Positions 8,211 through 15,605 are shown, counted from the first letter of the stretch. The stretch is 19,712 nt of DNA from Theionarchaea archaeon (GCA_018992685.1 JACVGT010000023.1:1-19712); one strand, 5' to 3'. A program made the numbers and translations. Notes: a model not told the origin generated them from the sequence alone.

Positions 8211-8975
8211 ATGAATAACCGCTATATTGTAACACCTTACTTCCTTGATGAGGATTTGCCACAGCTCGAGGAACTTCTCCAACCCGGGTGGCTTCTCAAC
8301 AAGCCCTGCCCTGGTGAAGGGGACACAATGACCCGAATGTCTGTGGTGGCTGAATCACTGGCTGGCTGCGTTGTGGATGCCCTGGCAAAAGGGGAAAGGC
8401 CGGTGAGCATTGCTGGCGATTGCTGCACTACACTGGGAGTTCTGGCCGGGCTGCAGAGAACAAATATTACTCCTGTTCTGATATGGTTCGATGCACATGG
8501 AGATTTCAACACATGGGAGACAACGCCCAGTGGATTTCTGGGAGGCATGCCCCTGGCAATGATAGCAGGCCGGGGGGATCAGAAGCTTGTTGAAGCTGTC
8601 GGATTTCGCAACTTACCGGAGGAAAAAGTAGTTCTCGTTGGTGCACGTGACCTGGATCCAGGCGAAAAGGCAGCAGTAGAAGGTTCTGCAATTCATTTTG
8701 TTTCGGATCCAAAATCCCTCCCGGACTATCCAGTGCCAGATGGCCCCCTGTACGTTCACTTTGACACAGATGTGGTTGATCCCAGAGATGCACCTGCCAT
8801 GAGTTACCGCGCTGAAGGAGGTCTCTCAGCTGGTGAATTGAGAGAGGTGTTCCGTTATCTCTCTGAGACAGGAAGGATAGTAGCAGTTTCTCTTTCCAGC
8901 TGGAATCCACGCATGGAGGGGGCTGACCAATCAAGACGGACGTGTATGGACTTACTGAAAACGCTCGTAGAGTGA
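8211..8975 (+). CDS. Arginase/ureohydrolase family protein (atypical active site)
   Basis: WFDAHGDFNT, GARDLD, HFDTDVVDP and APA..Y...GGL motifs. ORF track start 8127; ATG 8211 is preferred, lying ~33 nt after TTTATAT (8171..8177). Confidence 0.88.
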   Translation: MNNRYIVTPYFLDEDLPQLEELLQPGWLLNKPCPGEGDTMTRMSVVAESLAGCVVDALAKGERPVSIAGDCCTTLGVLAGLQRTNITPVLIWFDAHGDFNTWETTPSGFLGGMPLAMIAGRGDQKLVEAVGFRNLPEEKVVLVGARDLDPGEKAAVEGSAIHFVSDPKSLPDYPVPDGPLYVHFDTDVVDPRDAPAMSYRAEGGLSAGELREVFRYLSETGRIVAVSLSSWNPRMEGADQSRRTCMDLLKTLVE

Positions 8976-9118
8976 AAAATGATTGGTTATATCATGGAGT
9001 TCCTTGATCGCGAGAGCACTTTTCTCGTCATGAGAGAGTAGAAACAGATGCTCTGATTAGATGATCAATTCGAATTCTGAACCAGAAACTTGACTGAGAC
9101 ATCCTAAAAGATAAGGGT

Positions 9119-9137
9119 AAAAGAAAAAAGAGAAAAA
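9119..9137 (-). terminator. Oligo-T terminator of the DASGLVR repeat gene
   Basis: The minus strand reads TTTTTCTCTTTTTTCTTTT immediately after the TGA stop at 9138..9140. Confidence 0.6.
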
Positions 9138-9824
9138 TCATCGTACCAATCCAGAGGCATCTCGCACCAATCCAGAGGCATCTCGCACCAATCCAGAGGC
9201 ATCTCGCACCAATCCAGAGGCATCTCGCACCAATCCAGAGGCATCAGAAGGATTCTTGGTATTATCAGCTCGATTTTCAAGAGTATCTGCTCTCGCTTCA
9301 AGATCCGCCTTGTTCATCAGGTTCTGGAGATCCTTTTTCTTCACTGGATCTGACATCAATTCAGAAACGTCTCTTACAAGCCCAGATGCATCTCGTACCA
9401 GACCCGAAGCGTCTCTCACCAGTCCAGAAGCATCTCGTACCATGTCAGAAGTTTTTCCAGCTTTGGCCAAGTTAACATACCTCCTCATTGACAGTGCAAA
9501 CCTGGAGTTCTCTATGAAAAGTAGCCGAGCTTTCTTCGCCATGTCTTTGTACTTTTGAGCTATAGCCTGGTTTGGCACCGACCCAGGGGCGCCCCGTACC
9601 AGTCCAGACGCATCTCGTACCAGTCCAGACGCATCTCGTACCAGTCCAGACGCATCTCGTACCAGTCCAGACGCATCTCGTACCAGATCAGAAACACTGG
9701 GAGGTATTTTTCCAGAATCTAGAACTGCAGCACATTCCCTCACTGCGTCATCAATCTCCAGAACTGTTTTGTCAGCCTCTTGATTTGCCTTGGATTCCGC
9801 AAGGACAACATCTTTTGGAAACAT
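9138..9824 (-). CDS. Orphan 228-aa protein with 12 DASGLVR heptapeptide repeats in three arrays
   Basis: Strong RBS AAGGAGGG (9831..9838) before the ATG, T-rich terminator after the stop, and repeat units that differ only by synonymous substitutions in this frame. Confidence 0.88.
   Translation of the reverse strand: MFPKDVVLAESKANQEADKTVLEIDDAVRECAAVLDSGKIPPSVSDLVRDASGLVRDASGLVRDASGLVRDASGLVRGAPGSVPNQAIAQKYKDMAKKARLLFIENSRFALSMRRYVNLAKAGKTSDMVRDASGLVRDASGLVRDASGLVRDVSELMSDPVKKKDLQNLMNKADLEARADTLENRADNTKNPSDASGLVRDASGLVRDASGLVRDASGLVRDASGLVR
9141..9245 (-). repeat. 21-bp tandem repeat x5 (C-terminal DASGLVR array)
   Basis: Unit GATGCCTCTGGATTGGTGCGA on the minus strand, 5 copies, one synonymous variant (GTA) in the last copy. 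Confidence 0.97.
9372..9434 (-). repeat. Degenerate 21-bp tandem repeat x3 (middle DASGLVR array)
   Basis: Units GATGCTTCTGGACTGGTGAGA, GACGCTTCGGGTCTGGTACGA and GATGCATCTGGGCTTGTAAGA all encode DASGLVR. Confidence 0.93.
9594..9677 (-). repeat. 21-bp tandem repeat x4 (N-proximal DASGLVR array)
   Basis: Unit GATGCGTCTGGACTGGTACG(A/G), 4 copies, preceded by a partial LVR unit (9678..9686). Confidence 0.97.
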
Positions 9825-9892
9825 AAATCGCCCTCCTTTACTGCAATTTGTATCATTGCGCCGTCGTGGCGCTCACATTTTCTCTCGTTGCC

Positions 9893-9912
9893 ATCTTAAG
9901 AACATTTCGGTG
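9893..9912 (-). promoter_or_regulatory. Putative BRE/TATA promoter of the repeat gene
   Basis: The minus strand reads CCGAAATGTTCTTAAG (BRE-like CCGAAA plus a TATA variant) about 70 nt upstream of ATG 9824. Confidence 0.35.
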
Positions 9913-10004
9913 TACTTTTCTTACCCGTAACCATTTTTTGGTTTATACGACAAAAGTAAAAATCTAAACCGGAGACTGCGGCCACTGACTTATGTAAGCT
10001 CCCG

Positions 10005-11906
10005 CTACTTTCTGGCGAGTAACTGTCTCTTGAGAAATACGACAGCCACAAGCGACGCGACGTACCCCAGTCCAAAGAGCACTCCCTGCAGCAACAAGAA
10101 ATACAATGCCATCAAGGTCAAGACAAAAAAGAATGTTCCCCAGATTATATCAATTACCACACCAGAGTTCACGATCAGCCTTTCCAGCAAAAAAAAAGCT
10201 GCAACAAGAATGATTACACCCGAAAGCAGCCCCAGAATCCACGGACCACACACACCAAGAAGAATCCACCGCAACTTGTACCCGATGAGCAGCAGCTCAT
10301 ACAGGAGATAGCCAAACCCTATGAAAGATCCGATCACAGGCACGAAATATAGATAATAAACAGTCCTGGGATTATTTTTCTTTAAAGAGCGTATTTTCGT
10401 TGCGCATGTGACAATACCCCACCCCACAACTCCTGCCATAATGCCAGTAACCAGGGCTGCAGTTTGGGATGCGAGATCCCTTACATTCTCAATTTCTCTC
10501 ATGATTTCAGGAACATCCTCGGGAGGTGCAGTCGTCAGATCTGACCTGAATCCCGAACCATAACACAGAAACAGGCTCCACCAGGATTCCTGTTCTACCT
10601 CGGTCAACAACAGCTTTGCAGAATATGCGTGGGGAGGGACTAGTTGAAACCCGTATGTCTTCAGAATGGCATACACGTCCTCTCCCTTGTCCAGGGCGTT
10701 CACAACATAGTCTAGTGAAGAGTCCCTTTCTCGTGCAAGTATCTGCAACATTTGCTGTACCGTCTCATGTCCGCAGGTGCGGTCAATCTCATAGATGACG
10801 TACATCCCCTTGTTATACTTGGCATAAATCAGAGCTTCCTGTTTATCTGTCAGTCCCAGCCCGTACCGCGTAGAAGTAACATCCGTCATTTCGCCATATT
10901 GCCTTTCATATGTCTGGAAGTACGATTCCTGGTTGGGGATGAAACCCTCAGGAAGGGGAGGAGCAAGCCTGATTACCACCTCATTCTGAAAGTAGCTGGC
11001 CATGCCCTCTTCCAGGTACCGCGGAAAGTCACCAATATAGGAATGGATGAGTTCGTGAGTCAGAAACTCCGAGGGGTAGGATGATGTATTGTTAATCAGG
11101 ACGTTGATTCTTCCCAGTCCAACATACTCTGCTGCAGCCCACGTATCTTCTTCCTTGCCCAGGCTTATCTCAAAATGGTGATATTCAGGAGGGGTAGCCG
11201 TTTCATCGAGGAATATGGGGAACGTTACTTTCACAAATTTTTCGATGTCCTCAGTAAATACTTCCGCTTTCCTGGGGTACGTGACCTCAAAGGAATAATC
11301 TTCATAGGAAAATATTCTGGATGCAGTATCTTCATAATCGATTCCCTCTTGAAGCTCATAGGGTAGAATCACGGAGGCGTCCTTGTCCAACTCAAAGGAG
11401 AAAATCGTTCTGTCCTCCATTCGCGTGATCTCTGGAGTGGGCGATGCCCTGGACGTTGCCGTGATTCCGGTCAGAGGAACAGAAATTCTGACTGAGGTCG
11501 TATCTGTCAGGTTAACAATGTTGTAAAGGTATTTTCCTGTAACGGGTTTGCCTGTTCCAGACGTAATGAACCAGTATTCCGCTGTAAAATGGTAAGGGGC
11601 GATGATTGGATGAGGGAAAACTACGTTAATCTTTCTATAAATGTTTTTTCCAACGATGATATTTTCACGTAGTTCATAATCGAGTTCCTTTTCATCATCG
11701 AAAACGCGAAGACCTCCATATGACAATGCTAAGGTTAGAATCTCGAATTCAGCCAGCCCACTGGTGGTCAAGGTATATTCCTGGGTGACATTGATTCGGT
11801 CTTCACCAATGGAGGGCTCAATGATGATGAGGGTATGTGAGGCATCTTGTGTTGCTCCCGGTGTGAGCAACAGCAGTACAAAGAACGGGATTATCCAGCG
11901 CTTCAT
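10005..11906 (-). CDS. Secreted, multi-pass membrane-anchored zinc metallopeptidase (gluzincin, M1/MA-like)
   Basis: Signal peptide MKRWIIPFFVLLLLTPGA, HELIH motif followed by the third-ligand LEEGMA, downstream Tyr (IYAKYNKG) and several C-terminal TM helices. Confidence 0.85.
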   Translation of the reverse strand: MKRWIIPFFVLLLLTPGATQDASHTLIIIEPSIGEDRINVTQEYTLTTSGLAEFEILTLALSYGGLRVFDDEKELDYELRENIIVGKNIYRKINVVFPHPIIAPYHFTAEYWFITSGTGKPVTGKYLYNIVNLTDTTSVRISVPLTGITATSRASPTPEITRMEDRTIFSFELDKDASVILPYELQEGIDYEDTASRIFSYEDYSFEVTYPRKAEVFTEDIEKFVKVTFPIFLDETATPPEYHHFEISLGKEEDTWAAAEYVGLGRINVLINNTSSYPSEFLTHELIHSYIGDFPRYLEEGMASYFQNEVVIRLAPPLPEGFIPNQESYFQTYERQYGEMTDVTSTRYGLGLTDKQEALIYAKYNKGMYVIYEIDRTCGHETVQQMLQILARERDSSLDYVVNALDKGEDVYAILKTYGFQLVPPHAYSAKLLLTEVEQESWWSLFLCYGSGFRSDLTTAPPEDVPEIMREIENVRDLASQTAALVTGIMAGVVGWGIVTCATKIRSLKKNNPRTVYYLYFVPVIGSFIGFGYLLYELLLIGYKLRWILLGVCGPWILGLLSGVIILVAAFFLLERLIVNSGVVIDIIWGTFFFVLTLMALYFLLLQGVLFGLGYVASLVAVVFLKRQLLARK

Positions 11907-11926
11907 GGAGAGGGTTGGGTCTTACT

Positions 11927-11940
11927 CATAAAAAAGGTTT
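11927..11940 (-). promoter_or_regulatory. TATA promoter of the peptidase gene (probably leaderless mRNA)
   Basis: AAACCTTTTTTATG ending 21 nt before ATG 11906; no RBS visible. Confidence 0.55.
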
Positions 11941-11969
11941 CCGTCAGATGGGCGAGGCAGGCATCAAGG

Positions 11970-11984
11970 GAAAGAAATTTATAG
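11970..11984 (+). promoter_or_regulatory. TATA promoter of the B-box/DUF2085 operon
   Basis: GAAAGAAATTTATAG ending ~21 nt before ATG 12005; divergent from the peptidase promoter. Confidence 0.55.
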
Positions 11985-12004
11985 GACACTTCCTTACACA
12001 TACC

Positions 12005-12589
12005 ATGAACTGCTATTACCATCCTGACAGGACTTCTGTGGCTCAATGCTTTACCTGTGCGAAAAATCTGTGTTCAGATTGTGTGGTCATGAAGGAAGGC
12101 CGTACCTACTGCAAGGAGTGCTTAGGCACGGGTGAATCTTCCATAGAGATGCAGCAGATACTCATACCGGGCCTCATAGGTGGCGTTGTTGGAGGTATTC
12201 TTTCAGTCGCTCCGGTAATCTCAATTCTGAATTGCGTTCTTTGTCTGTGGATCGTGGTGGGCGGAGCGCTTGCAGTATACATTGCGAAACGTTGGAGCAA
12301 TATCAAAGGAAAGATATCTACAGGGAAAGCAGCTCTGACAGGAGCGATTTCCGGGTGTGTGGCCGCTATCATCATTGTAGTAATTCAGTTCTTCAGTGTT
12401 GGGGATTTTCGATCATTGCTTCAGGAAGCAGCATACACTCCCGAGGTTAGGGATGCTTTGAGAGAGGCAGGAATCACTCTTGAGGAAATTGCAGGGACAC
12501 TAATTGTCCTCACTGTGCTGATTATGGTAGTTGTGCTTGCTCTGTTCGGTGCACTGGGAGGAATCATCTCGAATGAGATTAAGAAGTAA
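12005..12589 (+). CDS. B-box-type zinc finger membrane protein
   Basis: N-terminal CYYHP...CFTC...LCSDC...YCKEC followed by about 4 Gly-rich TM helices. Start ATG 12005 is preferred over ORF-track 11915. Confidence 0.8.
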   Translation: MNCYYHPDRTSVAQCFTCAKNLCSDCVVMKEGRTYCKECLGTGESSIEMQQILIPGLIGGVVGGILSVAPVISILNCVLCLWIVVGGALAVYIAKRWSNIKGKISTGKAALTGAISGCVAAIIIVVIQFFSVGDFRSLLQEAAYTPEVRDALREAGITLEEIAGTLIVLTVLIMVVVLALFGALGGIISNEIKK

Positions 12590-13010
12590 GGTGCTGGCTG
12601 TCGTGGGTGCATGGTGTCTGGTCATCGCATTGACACCTCTAATGAGAGATAGGTTCCCTGCGGCCTCTGGATTCCTGTATTTATTTTTTTCTCCTATTTG
12701 CCATCAACTCCCTGAAAGATCCTTTTATATCGTGGGCCATCAACTCCCTGTGTGCGCAAGGTGCACAGGCATCTATCTGGGCGCTTTTGTGGGCAGCCTC
12801 ATTGCGTCCGAAACCCCCCCTTCGAGATGGGTTTTGATGGTGGCCATCTTTCCACTACTGCTGGACGGAGGCACTCAGCTCCTGTTCAGAGAAAGCACCA
12901 ACACTCTGCGATTGGCTACAGGACTGGCTGCAGGATGTGTGGCATCATTCTATGTGTACGCAGGACTCTGCCGATGGAACTACGCCAAGAATGAGAAATT
13001 GCAGAGATGA
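12573..13010 (+). CDS. DUF2085 family membrane protein
   Basis: ICHQLPERSF, PVCARCTGIYLG, P+LLDGGTQ and STNTLRLATG signature motifs; GGAGG RBS; overlaps the upstream gene end. Confidence 0.88.
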   Translation: MRLRSKVLAVVGAWCLVIALTPLMRDRFPAASGFLYLFFSPICHQLPERSFYIVGHQLPVCARCTGIYLGAFVGSLIASETPPSRWVLMVAIFPLLLDGGTQLLFRESTNTLRLATGLAAGCVASFYVYAGLCRWNYAKNEKLQR

Positions 13011-13059
13011 TATGCTTCTGTGTCTTACAGGTGAATGAGTTCAAGGCATTCATTTTGGA

Positions 13060-13476
13060 TCAGATTCTCTTCACTGCAACCTGATTCATCTTCTTTTTCT
13101 TACAGGGGGCTTCTCCCAGCACTTCTGCAATTTGGACTTTATCGCCCTTTTTCAGGCCCACAGGCATACAGGCCTCCCCGAGTTCGCACCCACCGCATTC
13201 GGGATTATACGTTATGCTCATTCCTTCAAAAGCCAGTCTTGATTCAATAAACAGAACGATCTCTGGCTCACTGACCTCCACCACGGTCACAGTGCCCCCC
13301 AAGTTGCACGCGTGCTGAATATTCTTGATCTCAGTGATGGTATATCTTCTCCCCTTTTCCAGGTTTTCAATGCAGGTGTTTTTCAGACGGCATTTCCTGC
13401 ACTCTTTGGGAGTCTCTCCCTGGTGAATGAATGTGTACCCTTTCCGCGCAATTGCGGAAGGAACAAGCGTAATCAT
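13060..13476 (-). CDS. UPF0179 family protein (archaeal, Cys-rich)
   Basis: MITLV...G..F...G...EC..C.L...C..NLE.GRRY.I...H.C pattern; directly abuts egsA, a known archaeal gene pairing. Confidence 0.85.
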   Translation of the reverse strand: MITLVPSAIARKGYTFIHQGETPKECRKCRLKNTCIENLEKGRRYTITEIKNIQHACNLGGTVTVVEVSEPEIVLFIESRLAFEGMSITYNPECGGCELGEACMPVGLKKGDKVQIAEVLGEAPCKKKKMNQVAVKRI

Positions 13477-14514
13477 TCAAATGACACCTGTGGTTTCAGC
13501 CAGCGCCTTGGCTGCCTTCTTTGTTATCCCCTGTTCTCCAAGGATTGTATATCGTTCCCGAAGGTTGTGACACATGGTCAGAGCTTCCACAACGGTATCT
13601 GCGTCAACTCCCAGTTCTTCACCCGTTGTGGGAGCACCGATATATTTTAGAACATCTCGCACTGACTTCCAGTCTGCGTTGTGCAGATACATCATCATGA
13701 TGGCTCCGGCCCCGCATTGTTCCCCGTGAAGGGCCTTTGAACCCAGAAGATCAAGAGCATGTGAGAACAGGTGCTCTGATCCAGAAGCCGGGCGGGAACT
13801 CCCAGCAATGCTCATGGCAACCCCCGAAGACACCAACCCCTTGAGAACAAGACGAGCTCCTTCATCAGGGGCTTCCTTTACGGTACGGGCGTTCTCAATT
13901 ACCAGTTTCGCACTCATCATGGACAGAGCTGCAGCGTACTCGCTGTAGTACTCGCCTTTGAGACGATGAGCCAGTTCCCAATCTCTCACTGCTGTATAAT
14001 TTGAGATGAGATCGCTGCATCCTGCAATGAGCATTCTGCGGGGTGCCTTTTCTACGATTGCCATGTCAATGACGATACATAAAGGGGCGTGGGCGTGCCT
14101 GGATTTTCCCTTTTCTTCTGCTTCCTTCGACAGCAAGAAGGAGAGTGCCTGACTACTCAGACTGTCGTTGGACGATGAAGTGGGAACACTGATCCAGGGG
14201 ACATCTGCCCAGGAAGCGGCAAGCTTGGAAGCGTCCATGATCTTTCCACCACCTGCTCCGATCACCACGTCGTTGTGGTTTTCCCTTACGTACTGTTCGA
14301 TTTTTTCAACCTCGGAGAGAGTTATTTGTTCAATAGTGAGAACATTTGCCTGAATTTCCCTTTCTATTCGGGATGCGGCAATGTTGTAGGTCAGAGGGCC
14401 AGAGATGATAAGAGGATCATGAAATCCAAACCTGTTGATTATTTCACCCACCTTGGAGAGAATGTTCTTTCCTAGGAGCACTTCCCGGGGGAATTCCATG
14501 AAATGAATATTCAT
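13477..14514 (-). CDS. egsA: NAD(P)-dependent sn-glycerol-1-phosphate dehydrogenase
   Basis: GGGKIMD, DLISNYTAVRDW.LA...GEYYSEYAA, SSRPASGSEHLFSHALD, LHGEQCG and RYTILG motifs; GGTGAT RBS. Confidence 0.95.
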   Translation of the reverse strand: MNIHFMEFPREVLLGKNILSKVGEIINRFGFHDPLIISGPLTYNIAASRIEREIQANVLTIEQITLSEVEKIEQYVRENHNDVVIGAGGGKIMDASKLAASWADVPWISVPTSSSNDSLSSQALSFLLSKEAEEKGKSRHAHAPLCIVIDMAIVEKAPRRMLIAGCSDLISNYTAVRDWELAHRLKGEYYSEYAAALSMMSAKLVIENARTVKEAPDEGARLVLKGLVSSGVAMSIAGSSRPASGSEHLFSHALDLLGSKALHGEQCGAGAIMMMYLHNADWKSVRDVLKYIGAPTTGEELGVDADTVVEALTMCHNLRERYTILGEQGITKKAAKALAETTGVI

Positions 14515-14544
14515 GCGATCACCGTAGAATATGAAGACATTTAC

Positions 14545-14558
14545 CTAATAAACCTTTC
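14545..14558 (-). promoter_or_regulatory. BRE/TATA promoter of egsA-UPF0179
   Basis: The minus strand reads GAAAGGTTTATTAG about 30 nt upstream of ATG 14514. Confidence 0.55.
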
Positions 14559-14666
14559 TTTTGCCAGATGGTGCAATGTACAAGGGCTTTCTATTTTCTT
14601 TTATATAGAGATATGATTTTCGGTAATAAATACGTGCAGTAGTGCCATAGATGTATCGTGAAAATC

Positions 14667-15512
14667 CTAAAAAAGAGCCAGAATGACGATACCCAGAAGT
14701 GTCAGAGCTGCAGCACCATAGTGATGGACGTGCAGCATTTCAGCCATGATAAGTCTGGCCAGCACTAGAGTGACGAAAGGGTAGAGGTTTGAAAAAGCGG
14801 TAACGATAGAGACGTACCCGTAGCTCATTGCACTGTAGAAGAGAAGACTTCCAAGACAGAAGAAGATAACACTGATCTCAGCATCACGGTCGAATTCGAT
14901 GGAATGAACCCTGCCGCCTTTCATCCACCAGTACGGAATCCATAGAGAGGGACCCAAGATTGCATAAATCCCTGCATATGTCAAGGGTCCCACCAGGGTG
15001 ATGGACACTTTGGTCATAAGGGAGCTCAACCCCCACATGACAACACAGAGAGTTGCCATAAGCAGCCAGGGGTGACTTCCCATTTCCTGCCCTGTGGGTT
15101 CATAGGACAAGAGGGACACACCTGCAATGACCAGAATCACGGCAAGTATCTGCAAGAAGGTCAGTGGTTCATGAAGAAAATAGACAGCCAGGATAACGGT
15201 GACAAATGGGTAGGAGGCAGTAACAACACCCACTATGGAGATTTTCTGCCGTTCTACAGCCTCGAAGAAGAAGATGTATCCCAGGGAAGAGAGAATGGCT
15301 GCAGCACTACAGTACAGCACTTCCCGAAAGTGCACCAGCGTCCTCGCAGCAAACAGCACCCAGGCTCCTCCGTAGACGGCCATCATGGTGATGGAGAGCA
15401 GGAGCAACATTCCTCCTGAACCCAACCGGGATGTCCCTTTCTTCGTAAAGACCTGACCCGCACCATACAGGACTATGGTGAGGGTGACGAGTGGAACCCA
15501 CATGAGTGACAT
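14667..15512 (-). CDS. EamA/DMT superfamily transporter
   Basis: About 10 TM helices in two EamA repeats (YPFVTVILA..FLHE.L; YPFVTLVLA....E). Confidence 0.9.
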   Translation of the reverse strand: MSLMWVPLVTLTIVLYGAGQVFTKKGTSRLGSGGMLLLLSITMMAVYGGAWVLFAARTLVHFREVLYCSAAAILSSLGYIFFFEAVERQKISIVGVVTASYPFVTVILAVYFLHEPLTFLQILAVILVIAGVSLLSYEPTGQEMGSHPWLLMATLCVVMWGLSSLMTKVSITLVGPLTYAGIYAILGPSLWIPYWWMKGGRVHSIEFDRDAEISVIFFCLGSLLFYSAMSYGYVSIVTAFSNLYPFVTLVLARLIMAEMLHVHHYGAAALTLLGIVILALF

Positions 15513-15532
15513 TGGAACAGCTACCAGACTAT

Positions 15533-15545
15533 CTTAAAAAAGGTT
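15533..15545 (-). promoter_or_regulatory. TATA promoter of EamA (probably leaderless)
   Basis: AACCTTTTTTAAG ending 21 nt before ATG 15512. Confidence 0.5.
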
Positions 15546-15585
15546 GATATTCATGTGAAGAAAATCATCAAAGGAATTCATTCAT

Positions 15586-15605
15586 GAAAGGATAATGTAT
15601 TTAAA
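15586..15605 (+). promoter_or_regulatory. BRE/TATA promoter of hsp20
   Basis: GAAAGGATAATG-TATTTAAA about 35 nt before ATG 15640, which has a GAGGTG RBS. Confidence 0.55.

Noticed and set aside
8979-9041. Mini-ORF MIGYIMEFLDRESTFLVMRE resembling the N-terminus of archaeal ATPases (F.DRE)
   Set aside because: The match is too short, and no Walker A sequence is evident downstream.
9104-9301. ORF with MPLDWCE repeats (and plus-strand ORFs 9256..9558 and 9572..9826 with PDASRT/PVQTHLV repeats)
   Set aside because: Alternative-frame shadows of the DASGLVR gene. Only the 9138..9824 frame keeps the peptide constant across all three arrays and has an RBS.
9141-9677. 21-bp repeats as a CRISPR array
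   Set aside because: Units are head-to-tail with no spacers, are a multiple of 3, vary only synonymously, and no cas genes are present.
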